A stretch of 63,977 nt of DNA, counting the filler, from Reticulomyxa filosa (Eukaryota; Protista; Foraminifera): assembly GCA_000512085.1 (NCBI GenBank). It is 17 parts of 17 records of this genome, joined end to end, with 100 filler letters (N's around TTAATTAATTAA, not from the genome) between each part and the next. Parts side by side here need not be neighbours in the genome. Positions count along the whole stretch, not along the records: positions 1 to 2,813 come from ASPP01025382.1; positions 2,914 to 19,080 come from ASPP01028065.1; 15 more parts are not named here. One strand, given 5' to 3'. The notes below the pieces were generated by a model. It was given only the letters and a program-made list of their open reading frames with translations, searched no databases and was not told where the DNA came from. Below are positions 1 through 11,479 of this stretch, piece by piece (position 1 is the stretch's first letter; the number at the start of each line of letters is the position of its first letter). The position numbers were made by a program, and so were the translations under genes.

Positions 1-1480
1 GTATTATCATATGATCCAGAACAAATTGTATATCCATTACCTCCAATCACAACTTTATTATTATTATTTTTTTTATTATCATTTTGTAATAATGAAATAT
101 CAATACATCGAACACCTTTAGTATGTCCATTGAAAACATGTAATGATCTATACATTTCAATATCCCATAAACGAATTGTTTTGTCAGAAGATCCAGAACA
201 AAAATATCTATTACCATTAAATGGTGAAAATTCAATACAATAAACAGCAGCAGTGTGTTCTTTAAATACTTGTAATTGTTGATTATTCTTAAAATCCCAA
301 AAACGGATTGTTTTATCATATGATGAATAACAAATGACATTTTGATTATTATTATTATGATATTGTGAAAATTTTGCACAACATACATAACCCGAATGTC
401 CATTGAATGATTGAATTTGTTTGTTGTTATCAACATCCCATACACGAACTGTTTTATCACTTGATCCAGAACAAATCAATTGGCAATCATCAAATACTGA
501 ATAATCAATATTACATACATAATCGGTATGTCCACTCAATGTATTAATTAATTTGGCCGATGATTGAAATAAATCAAAGTTGAATGTATTGGATTGTAAT
601 AATTGAGTATTTCCATTATTTTCATTACAATCAATTTTAAGTTCTTCGCTTTCATTTATTTTAATTTCTTGTTTTACTTGTTGTATTTGATAGAAGATAT
701 TATCCTAATTTATTGTGAAACTATTTATGTATTTTAAAAAAAGAAAATAAAATAAAATTATACCTTTTGTTGCTTTAACATTAATATTTCATCACTTAAT
801 TTTTTAAATTTTTCTTGCATTGTACCTAATTCAATCTATTTTTTTTTTAATTAAAATTAAGTGTTTAATATTTCAAAAAATAAAAATAAAAAATAAACTT
901 GTTGTTTATTAATTATAGTTCTCATTTTTTTGAATTCTGTCATTACCAATCCAAAATGTCTCTCCATATCATTAATTAAATGTTCTTCTAAATATTTCTT
1001 TTGACATGAATAATCGCAACCAAATCCTTTGAACCAACAATCAGATTTATTTAATGGACATGAATTAATTAAATGAGTATTCATATTTCCAATCTTTCCT
1101 TTAAATCCACAAACATTTCTATTTTCTTTTTCTTTTTTTTCATCAGCTATATCTAGAATATATTGTTCAAATTGCGTTAAACACAAAACATCAAATTCAT
1201 TAATTTGATTTTGTAATGTTTGTGATTGATGGTAATTACATCCATCATGATTCCCAACAGGACATTTTCCATTATTGTTTTGCAAATGTGTACTTAAGCA
1301 GTACTTTCCAGCGATTAATGGTTGATTATTGTGAACGCCGCAAATTATTTCAACTGGATTGTTTGCAACACGGTTACAAATTAAACAAATAAAACGTTTG
1401 ACCTTGTTTTGGTTGTTCATGTCGAGTATCCAACTCTTGCTGAAACATCTTTGGCCCACATCATCTTCAATATTGTTCAT
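1..1480 (-). CDS. RING/TRAF-type zinc finger + coiled coil + WD40 repeat protein (runs off the left edge)
   Basis: Exons 1480-899, 835-764, 704-<1 with phase-0 GT-AG introns. CLIC..C..H..C..CP and C.FKGFGC...C....L.EH zinc motifs, then SAKLINTLSGHT..ICSGSSDKTVRVWD WD repeats. Confidence 0.85.
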
Positions 1481-1780
1481 CGTTATTTTGATTTGGTTTG
1501 ATTTATATTAAAGTCGAAAATTTCTTTTTGATAGAATTTTTTTTGAAGATTCCCTGTTGAAATAAATTTTGCAGTTATAGAATAAAAACTTAATTCTTTC
1601 ATATGATTTTTTAAAATTTTGCAAGTTTTCATATAATTTGCGATTATGTTGAGAAAAATTATATTATTTGATTGTAGTTTATTACATATCATTGAATCAC
1701 TACAGTAAATTTAACAGAAAACTGAACTTGTAATATAAAAGTTCATTAAAAAAAAAGTTCAAAATTAATCAATCATCATA

Positions 1781-1955
1781 TCTGTTCATACTGTTTATGA
1801 TTCATATTATTCCTAGGTATGTTTACATGTTGCTTCTGTTCATGATTACATTGTTGTTCAGTATGCCTAACTGTTGCTCCTGTGTATGCTTACCTGTTGT
1901 TCCTGCTTATGCTTACCTGTTGATATTGTTTATACTTACCTGTTATTCCTGTCCA
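1781..1955. repeat. Decayed low-complexity tandem repeat (CTGTT/TTACCTGTT-like units)
   Basis: Recurrent ctgtt, tgttg and ttacctgtt words every ~10-20 nt. Confidence 0.5.
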
Positions 1956-2049
1956 ATGATTCAATTTTATTGGGAAATAGACTATCGTTCTATGGTACCA
2001 TATAAGCGTACAATTGGGATGGAAGGAGCAAGTTTGTTAAAGCGTATCC

Positions 2050-2813
2050 CAGAAATAATTGTTCTATCAAACAAAAAATTTGCATTCAATTCATTCCTAT
2101 ATGAATGTAATTTTCACAAATTGAAAGCCATTCAAGATATCCTTCATTTCAAGGTAACATTAAATAATGAATTGCAGATATTATTGCATGAAGTGATAAA
2201 GAATGGCTATTTGAATGATTTAATCACATGTCAGCACACAAATAAAAAACAAGAAGAAAAAATTAAACGAAAAATTCATTATAATGAAAATAATCCAAAT
2301 GAATTAAAATTAAATGGTAAATTATTAACAATATTAAATGGTGTGAAGAAAGTATATCATAATGATATTCATAAACATATTGGATATCCACTTCAATTAC
2401 ATGAAATCTGTGCAATATTATTGCATTGTGGCACATCATGCAATTTTGAATTTGGTTATGATCAGATCACATTTAAACATTGTAAATGGCCTTATTTAGA
2501 TAATTATTTGCAGAGTGCTATTAACACTTTGCATAAACATGAAAGAAGAGAAGAAAATGAAATGGAATTATATTGTAAATTGAAAGATGTGCGATTGGAG
2601 AATATTGAAAAAAAAATTAAAGCAGGATATTTTATTAGCCATGTAAGTGCTTCTGATAATTTACAAATCATACAAATACATAAAAATGATCAGTTATGTA
2701 TTTTGCATTTTTATCCTTCTATGAGACGATCACCTAAAATATTTAGTTATGATTTATCATGGATATCTCCACGCGAACATGAGCGTGAAATTTTGTTTGC
2801 AAGATCTTACATA
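2050..2813 (+). CDS. NAD:protein ADP-ribosyltransferase (ARTC/R-S-E clade)-like domain protein, partial, possibly degenerate
   Basis: Within ORF 1797-2861: LHEICAILLHCG, KWPYLDNYLQSAINTL, ELYCKL, FISHVSAS, DLSWISP..EREILF appear in the order of the LYRG / STS / ExE motifs. Cut by the contig end. Confidence 0.6.
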
Positions 2814-2913
2814 NNNNNNNNNNNNNNNNNNNNNNNNNNNNNNNNNNNNNNNNNNNNTTAATTAATTAANNNNNNNNNNNNNNNNNNNNNNNNNNNNNNN
2901 NNNNNNNNNNNNN
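2814..2913. other. Artificial contig spacer (44 N + TTAATTAATTAA + 44 N); first of 16
   Basis: Identical 100-bp spacers at 2814, 19081, 22199, 24095, 28881, 30396, 37862, 44364, 46156, 50339, 51841, 54242, 56327, 57716, 60071 and 62049. The 12-mer gives stops in all six frames. Confidence 0.98.
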
Positions 2914-3995
2914 GGTACGCAGTGTACAAAATTTGGATGTCACATAGTAATTGGAGATACTTTCTTTACTAATGCCCATTTTTGTCTTTGTAATTTTTTT
3001 TCTTTTGTTGACTCTTTTGTCGTAGAGAGTGGATGAAGAGATACTGTAGTTTGGTCTACAGTATAGACTCTTGACTAAAGAGATGTTCTTGGTTATTGTT
3101 TTCCTCTGTGAGGGAAAAATCTAAATCAAAATGTTTCACCGGATGGTGATATAATTGCATCAAGTTTTTATGATATGTTTTAATTCCTATTGGAAAAATA
3201 TACAATCAGATTTGTTGGCTGTTGCATCACTAAAAATGATTGTTTACTGTTTTCGTAAATGTTGAATTTCTTTGGATTATTTCGTTCTTGCTGAAACCGT
3301 TGCTGTTTTGTCTATAGAAATAAATTATGCAATTGTAAATGAACAAAAGTATTAGTAGAAAGTTAACTATTTTGTTATGCCGAAAGAAAAAAGAGCTGAC
3401 GATTTGGGTCAGGAGAGGAAGGAAAAAGAGGAAATTTTATTTAAAAAATCTTTCAAATGGGAAGAGATAAATCAAACTCAAATACTGAAGTTTAAAATTG
3501 CAAATGATTTCTTAGTGAAAAAAAATGTATTCCTAGAAAAACAAAAGCAAAAAAATATAGTCCAATGTTGAAAAATGTAAAATGTGGATTTTTTAAATTG
3601 AGTTATAATTTCGATACGTATTACTTTGTTCAATTACAGACGATTGTTATGCTTAAAGTGTGTTTTATGAAACTTGTTCTGAGTTGATGAACTTTTAAGA
3701 CCTCCAAATTATTGATTTTCATCTTTACCTTTATAAAAAATGACTATTTGTATGCTTTTTTTCTGGTCAAGTCTCTCATTCGATTGTAAAAAGAGGTTAC
3801 AATGTGACTGATAAGTTTTTATTGATGTGTAACTTTTTTATTCATTAAAAGAATTCCCACAAAGAAAAAATTTCTACTCGATTTTGCACCAGTTTTTATT
3901 CAAATAATTTATTATTACGTAAAATTTTTTTAAATTTTTTTAAGAGCATTCCTTTAAAAAAATTAAAAATTGCTAAAAAATTCAGCAACATTAAC

Positions 3996-6196
3996 ATGGC
4001 TGATCGAAATACAAGACAAACACATCCTAAAGAACAAACTGAACAAAATCAACATATTATTACTTCAGCTTATTTTCAAAGTTTGAAGAAGTTGCCCATT
4101 CCACTTGACCAGTCTCAATGTGTGCTATACAAACACGAACTCCTCATTTGTGGAGGTTATAATCAAAAAGCTTGTTATTCTTATCATACAATCAAAAATG
4201 AATACAAGTTTATCTGTGAGTATCCAAGTGATGTTAAATTAAATGGGCACTGTGTAGTGAAAATGGCAGATAATAACAATGAAATCACATTGTTGTCTTT
4301 TGGTGGATATCCATTTTCAAGTAAATATACATTGGTGATGAAATATATAAGTGTTTGGAGTAATGAAAATAATGACAATGAAATAAACAAATTAAAGAAA
4401 TCAAATAATTTCAATAAATGGGTTCCTTTCACAGACAATCAAAATCATCCAATTATCATTGGAAGAAATCAAGATCCTTATCAAGGATTGCGTGCAGTAA
4501 TTGGTGGAAGCAATAATCATTTGTTATTTATCACTTATTTTAAAAAAGATATTAGTGTGTTTAATTTAAATACATTTCAATTTATTAAACATGATACTTT
4601 ACCGACCGATAATTTAATTTATTATCATTGCCTTGTATCAAAGTCAGAAAATGGACAAAAAAATAAAAATAAAAATGAAATGTTGTTGTTTTGTCAAAAG
4701 ACAGGATTATCAATTGAATACGATGAAGACAACAACACTTTTCAATTTCATAAACTAACTGTTTGTGATAATATTGCATTATTCTTTAAATATGCATATG
4801 TGTGTATCAATGATGTTATCTTATTCTTTGGTGGAGACTGCTGGAAAGGTGGAGAGTATATTGTCTCAAAATTAGTACATAAATATTCAATTCAAGAAAA
4901 CGAGTGGACAACATTTGAAAACACTTTACCCAGTCCATTATGTCATTGTGTTGCAATACTTAGTGAAGACAACAATCATATACACATCATTGGAGGAAAA
5001 AATGATAAAGATAATACAGTATTAACTCATATGAAGACAAAAGTGTGTGTATGGGACGCATCACAGTTGGTAATGATTTTTTATTTTATTTTTTGGTGAT
5101 TAAATAAAAATACATTATATTACATTAATAATAATAATGAACAGTCAACAAGTGAAATGAAATTTATTACTCAATATTGGATTCGAATTTTAAAGATAAA
5201 ATTAGGATGGATCAATGATTTTAACAAAATTGTTATCAACTATGTTAAGTAATATTTCTTTTGTATATAAATGATTGTTATTATATAATTTGAATTTTCA
5301 AATAGGTAAAAGGTTATCAATTATTAATGGTTTTACAAGGACATGACAAAGCAGTGATTGGTGTAAGATTTTCTGAAGATGGTCGCAAGATTGTTTCGGC
5401 ATCATATGATCATACTGTTCGAATATGGGATGCTGAATCGGGAAAACAACTTCAAATTTTCAGAGGGCATACTGATTCTGTCTTTACTGCGAGATTTTCA
5501 TCAGATGGACGTGCTGTTGTTTCATGTTCAGATGATGGAACAATTCGGTTGTGGAATATTGACACAGGAACTGAAGTAATGAAATTAGAAAGATATTTTG
5601 ATAAGATATGGGATGTTGATTTTTCTCCAGATGGAAGATATATTGTATCAGGTTTAAAAGATAAAACAATAAGATTATGGGATGTACATTCTGGAATAGA
5701 GATGAAACAATTATTAGGACATTCAAAAGGTGTATTGAATACACAATTTTCATCAGATGGTAAACTGATTGTGTCATCATCATACGACAAAACAATTAAT
5801 CTTTGGAATGTAGAATCTGGTGAACTATTGAAACAATTCAAAGGACATTCTGGTAGGGTTACACGTGCAAGATTTTCTCCAGACGATAAATTTATTGTAT
5901 CTTGTTCATCGGATAATACAATTCGAATATGGGATATTGAAACAGGAAAAGAATTGAAAACATTGAAAGAACATACAAGCATTGTGAATGACATAAAATA
6001 TTTCCCAGGTGGTCGAACAATTGTATCGTGTTCAGGTGATAATACAATTCAATTGTGGAACATAGAGTCTGGAAATAGAATACAAATATTGAAAAGGCAT
6101 TCTCGCTCTGTGAAATGTGTAGATGTTTCTCAAAATGGGAATATAATTGTATCAGGCTCTAATGACTGTAAAATTCGAATTTGGGGATTATTATGA
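3996..6196 (+). CDS. Kelch-repeat + 33-aa linker motif + WD40-repeat protein (three exons)
   Basis: Exons 3996-5069, 5145-5243, 5306-6196 with phase-0 GT-AG introns. Kelch motifs LICGG, LSFGG, LFFGG, IHIIGG; seven GH..WD repeats. Confidence 0.85.
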
Positions 6197-6532
6197 TTCA
6201 TACAAACGATAATTTTTTTAAGATTTAAGAAGTGAATTTTTCTTACTTATGTTCACTTTAAATATAATTTTTGATATAAGTTTATTACTACGGATCTTAA
6301 ACTTTGCATTATAATGCAACTAGCTACACATCAATTACAGTAAAAGAAAGTTTGAACAAAATGATATCAAAGTATTTTATTTTCATACAAATTCTCCATA
6401 CATGAATCTAATCAAAAATCTGTTGTAGATGGAAAACAAAAATAACAAAAACGGACCAGTCAGATCAAAAGAAGAACTTTGGAAATAATTTGAATTATAA
6501 TGAGAAAAAACTGACATGCATTGATCACTTTC

Positions 6533-6727
6533 TTTTTGTGTTGTTTTTTTTTTGACTTTATTAAATGCAATAATTTTTCCCACAAATCAATCAACGTAAT
6601 AGCTTTCAAATGTGTAGACACTTAGGTTTCTATGCATCTTATGAGCTAAAAAATTTATTTTTCGATAATTAATACAGTGGCGCTGATGCATAAAACGTTA
6701 ACTTATAAAGGTGTGATTTTATTCATG
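6533..6727 (+). repeat. Left arm of a perfect 195-bp inverted repeat
   Basis: Reverse complement of 7279-7473 with no mismatch seen by eye. Confidence 0.95.
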
Positions 6728-7278
6728 TAATTTGTAATTGATTCTATATTATACAATTCGTTCTTAATCTATCAAATTATGGTCGCTTTATTCATCACAA
6801 TATTTCGGTGTAATAAGTTGATTAGTATTTCTCCAGATAGGAATGATGTTCCAATAGTTTATCAGAGAGAAAATTTGACCAGAGTTATTGGCCAAAAAAT
6901 CAATATCAAACATCAACCTTTTAAAAATGTTATAATTGTGTTGTTTGTAACATTTTTATTTGTTGCAATCATCCGTTAATGTTAATATTAGTATGATTAA
7001 AGAAATATGTGTTTGAGTGAGTATGCGTGTTGTTTAATAGCAACAACAATGAAACAAACAAATTGTCAAATCAAAGTTCTGTTAGTTAAAACAAAACAAA
7101 AGCAAAAAAAACAAACAATAATTGAAACTAGACAAAAAAATCAATTACAATCAACATATTTCTTAGAAAATAAAGGGCAATTGAAAAAATTTCGAAAGAG
7201 GAAATCAAAATGATATTCAAAACTACACTCGGAGATATTTTTTAAAACAAAAAAAATTTTGATTAAATGCTGTTTTTT

Positions 7279-7473
7279 CATGAATAAAATCACACCTTTA
7301 TAAGTTAACGTTTTATGCATCAGCGCCACTGTATTAATTATCGAAAAATAAATTTTTTAGCTCATAAGATGCATAGAAACCTAAGTGTCTACACATTTGA
7401 AAGCTATTACGTTGATTGATTTGTGGGAAAAATTATTGCATTTAATAAAGTCAAAAAAAAAACAACACAAAAA
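7279..7473 (-). repeat. Right arm of a perfect 195-bp inverted repeat
   Basis: Reverse complement of 6533-6727; 551-bp spacer between the arms. Confidence 0.95.
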
Positions 7474-7497
7474 AATTTTTGTTGTTGAAAAGCAATA

Positions 7498-8889
7498 TTA
7501 CCCCCAAATACAGATAGGACCCTTCCATGAACCATAGCACAAATTAATTTCACAGCCATTACTGTTATTGGTTTTACTGTCATTTTTTAATTGTAGAAAT
7601 TTGAAACATGTTATTCCGTCATTGTCTTCATTACCTCCTTTGATTACATACAATTCTTTCTTATTTGATCGAATATCCCAAAAACGAATTGTATTATCCA
7701 GTGATCCTGAGCATATTACATTTGAATTACAACCAACTTCGATGTTATCTACTACAAATGGTGAATATTCAACAGTATTCACATAATTTGTATGCCCATT
7801 GAAGACTTGAATTTGTTGACCAGATCGAATATCCCATAAACGGACACTTTCATCAACAGATCCAGATAATATTGTATTTGCACCACCAATATTTCCTAAT
7901 CCATTTAATCCATATTTTATACTAATCACTTCTTGTTTATGTCCTTTAAATACATTTAGCTGTTCGGCTGTTTCAATGTCCCATATTCTAATTGTTTTGT
8001 CTTGTGATCCAGAACAAATTGTATAACCATTGCCACCAATTACACCAATAATATTACTTTGATTATTATTGATATTACTTTGATGTGGTGAAAAATCCAC
8101 ACATTTAACAGTCATTGTATGTCCTTTGAAAATGTACAATGATTTTGATGTCTCAACATCCCATAAATTAATTTTTTTGTTCCATGATCCAGTACACAAA
8201 TATCGACCACCATTAAATGGTGAAAATTCAATGCTACAAATACCATCAGCGTGTTCATCAAATATTTGCAATAGTTGCTTGTCCTTGATATCAAAAAAAA
8301 GAATAGTTTCGTCATATGATGTAGAACAAACGACATTACGATGATATTTGTAATAATGGTATTGTGAAAATTTCACACAATTTACAGAACTTGAATACCA
8401 TTCGAATAATTGAACTTGTTTGTTGTTGCCAACATCCCATACACGAACTGTTTTATCATTTGATCCAGAACAAAGTAATTGACTACCATCAAATATTGCA
8501 TAATCAATGCTATGCACACAATGAGTGTGTCCATCGAGTGCGTTGATTAATTTAGAGGACAAACGAAACGTGTCAAGCATGAAGAAGTTGGCCGCCTGTG
8601 TTAAATATGATAACAATAAATAAATATTTGTGATTAAATGAAAAACAAATAACAAATGAACATAACATAATTGAAGATAATATTGCCAAAATTATGGATC
8701 CATCCAAATTTAATGTCTAATATTCGAATCCAATGTTGAACAACCACTTGTATTTCTTCTTCCGTCTAATTCAATCACAACGATATACAATAAAATAAAT
8801 ACGTTTTAAGCGTAGATATCATTTTTAAAGTTGAAGCTTACCAATGCTGACGTGATTAAAGTTTGTCTTTCATTGATAAGTGTAGTCAT
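7498..8889 (-). CDS. WD40-repeat protein with an N-terminal 33-aa HWIR motif exon
   Basis: Exons 8889-8842, 8765-8667, 8595-7498, all phase 0. Repeated CSGS.DKT.R.WD; ends ICIWG*. Confidence 0.9.
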
Positions 8890-9419
8890 TGTTTCACTTA
8901 TCTTGTTCTTCTTTTGAGATTTTCGTAGATGATCTAGATGAAAAAAATTAGAACTTTTTAATCTCAATAACGAAAGGGTTGTCAATATAACTCGGTTCAG
9001 AGGGAAAAGAAGCACAAAACTTCAATACTTATTTTTTTGTTCAATCAACAAATTATCACAATGAAAAAGATAAAAAAAACAAAAGGAACAAACCTGTATA
9101 TTTCTTGCAAAAACTTTTTCTCGATAATGATTTTGTTTTTCATAGTTGGAACATATTATCATGAGTTTTATCGTGAGCATAAATTAAAACTAAAGTAAAC
9201 AACAAACTTATTCAACTCCAAAAGATATTATTTTGAAAAATATCCCCAAATGTTTTGATGTAAAATGAAACAAAATGATTAAAACAAACAGTTCGGATTT
9301 CATTGCTATTCTCACCGAAAAGTTGATATCAACACTTTCTTGGGATAAAGCAAAAATGATAAAAAATCATGATTAATACATATTTACTTGTTAAAACAAA
9401 TAAAACAGCGAATCGACTT

Positions 9420-9520
9420 CACATATCTATAGTCATAGCCATACTAGCATAAGCATGATAGACATAATCACTGGAGGATCTAGACATAGTCATGATAGTC
9501 ACTGATACATCATGGATATC
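9420..9520. repeat. Short imperfect tandem repeat (catagtcatgatag-like)
   Basis: Recurring cata, catga and tagtca words. Confidence 0.3.
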
Positions 9521-11479
9521 AAGAAGAGTTTTATATGAACACATCAAAGTCTGAAAAAATCAGAAGCAAATACCATGCGGTAGCGAAACTTCGAAGCAAG
9601 TGTAAGAAAAACATGAAGGCCTTATACACATAACTATCTAAATTTCTAATTGTCAAGAAAGTGACACATGAAACATACTTTGACTTAATTTTAAAAAATA
9701 TCTACGAATCTTGTAGTTTTAAATGTAGACTTAATTTTTTATTGCATTTAATAATTGTTTGAAAAATTTGAATATTTTATTGATTTTTCAAAATTTTCGG
9801 TAAAAAATTAACAATAGTAGCTTTATCGTAACTATGACATGTAAAGACTTTTTAAGTATTTTTAAAAAATATTACAAAGCTGTCTGTATAAGTGTATTGC
9901 AATGCCCTACTAATTACAGTAGAAGCTTCATATGAAGGATTGAACCCTTTTTTTCCTCAACAACCTTCACTGTCTTTATTCTTTCACTTTTTTGTTTTCT
10001 TATTTCTTGTCATTGCGTTGTTTATCTTGATTATTAACACTTTTGTTTGCTTTTTGAAAACACCTTTCAGTAATTACTTTCTTATTACACTTGGTGCTAC
10101 TTCAATCTTCCTACATAAGTCAATTTTGTAATAGAACATACATACTAAAGTTGTCGTTCATTCTTAGATTATGCTACTAACCAAAAAATTCTTGCATATC
10201 AATAGTTACATTGTCTTTATGTTATAAGTTTATGTCAACATCGTTAAGTTTTTCAAATGGTAATCGATTAAGTCTTAGATAGTGTCTATTTGAAACTTCC
10301 TGAATCGTCTAACGACATTTTCAACGCTATAGTTATCATTCATATCCCATCAAAGTGATACTATATCACTATTAACATTGTTTAACCTCACTAAATTATT
10401 TGTGTCTTCTTTCAAATAATCGAAAAGGACAAAATATTACTTTCGTTATCATTCTAGCTTTTCATTTACTTACAAACTGCTAGTCTATCATTCAATCGGC
10501 AACTGTAATTAAGATAGTGTAATTTGGCAATTGAATAATTCTTAATTTATTACAAATCATCAAACTCTTCTATGAGTGATAATGCAAATGACCACGATGA
10601 TACTGGTCACAAACACTAAAACGAGTACACGACATATCAGACAAATTTGTCGTTGCTGATTCTACCCAACAATACATATAACCTTTGAAATACCAATATA
10701 TTGTCCCGTTGCGTAGAACTATAAAAAACTATTAACATTTGACCACAGAACACTGTCATTGTGAAATTAATCATGAAACACTCGTCGTTTTCTTCACCGT
10801 CGTGCTCATGGCCCACTTATCATACTTTTAACAACTTGTAAATTTTCAAAAAATTTAGTTATTCTTTGTAAAGAAAAAACTTTTTTCAACTAGTTGAAAT
10901 TTTTTTAACTCTTTAATCAGCCATAATTTCTTTATTTTTCTTTTTTCAAGAGCTCTAGAAGAGTATTATTGAACGTTGCATAAATTTTTTCTAACATTAT
11001 CAAAGCTCATGTAATAAAATTTAGCTTATCAAGCAATCTTATGTAGCATAATCTTGCTTTGTTTTTGTGGTCTTTTCAAAACATATGAAGATAAAGTTGA
11101 AGTTTTTCATAAGAATATTTACTTGTTCATTCTAAGATCTCACGACAAGGATCTCATTGATAAAATTAATGCAAAAATGCTCAACAGCATTTTTTTTTCA
11201 AGACTAGTGGATGTGAAAGTACTATTTTCATCCTGCTTGATATTTGACAAACGCAGTTCATCCACTGAAATAGGCGATGATAATTCTTTGAAATACTTGT
11301 GTTGCAAGCCTTTGACACTATACAAACCTATAAGGGAATCTTTTTCCTTTGACAAAAGAAAAATGCCAATATTCATTTTCTTGGTTGCCCAAGTTTGATT
11401 TGTATTATTTTCTATCCAACATGGATAGTTGAAATCAATCTAATCTTGACATCACCTTTCAGTGATTGTTTAATATAAT

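Noticed and set aside
2914-3320. Possible retroelement ORF remnant on the minus strand
   Set aside because: No recognisable RT, endonuclease or zinc-knuckle motif.
9890-11400. Possible decayed coding sequence or transposon
   Set aside because: No family motif or terminal repeat could be identified.
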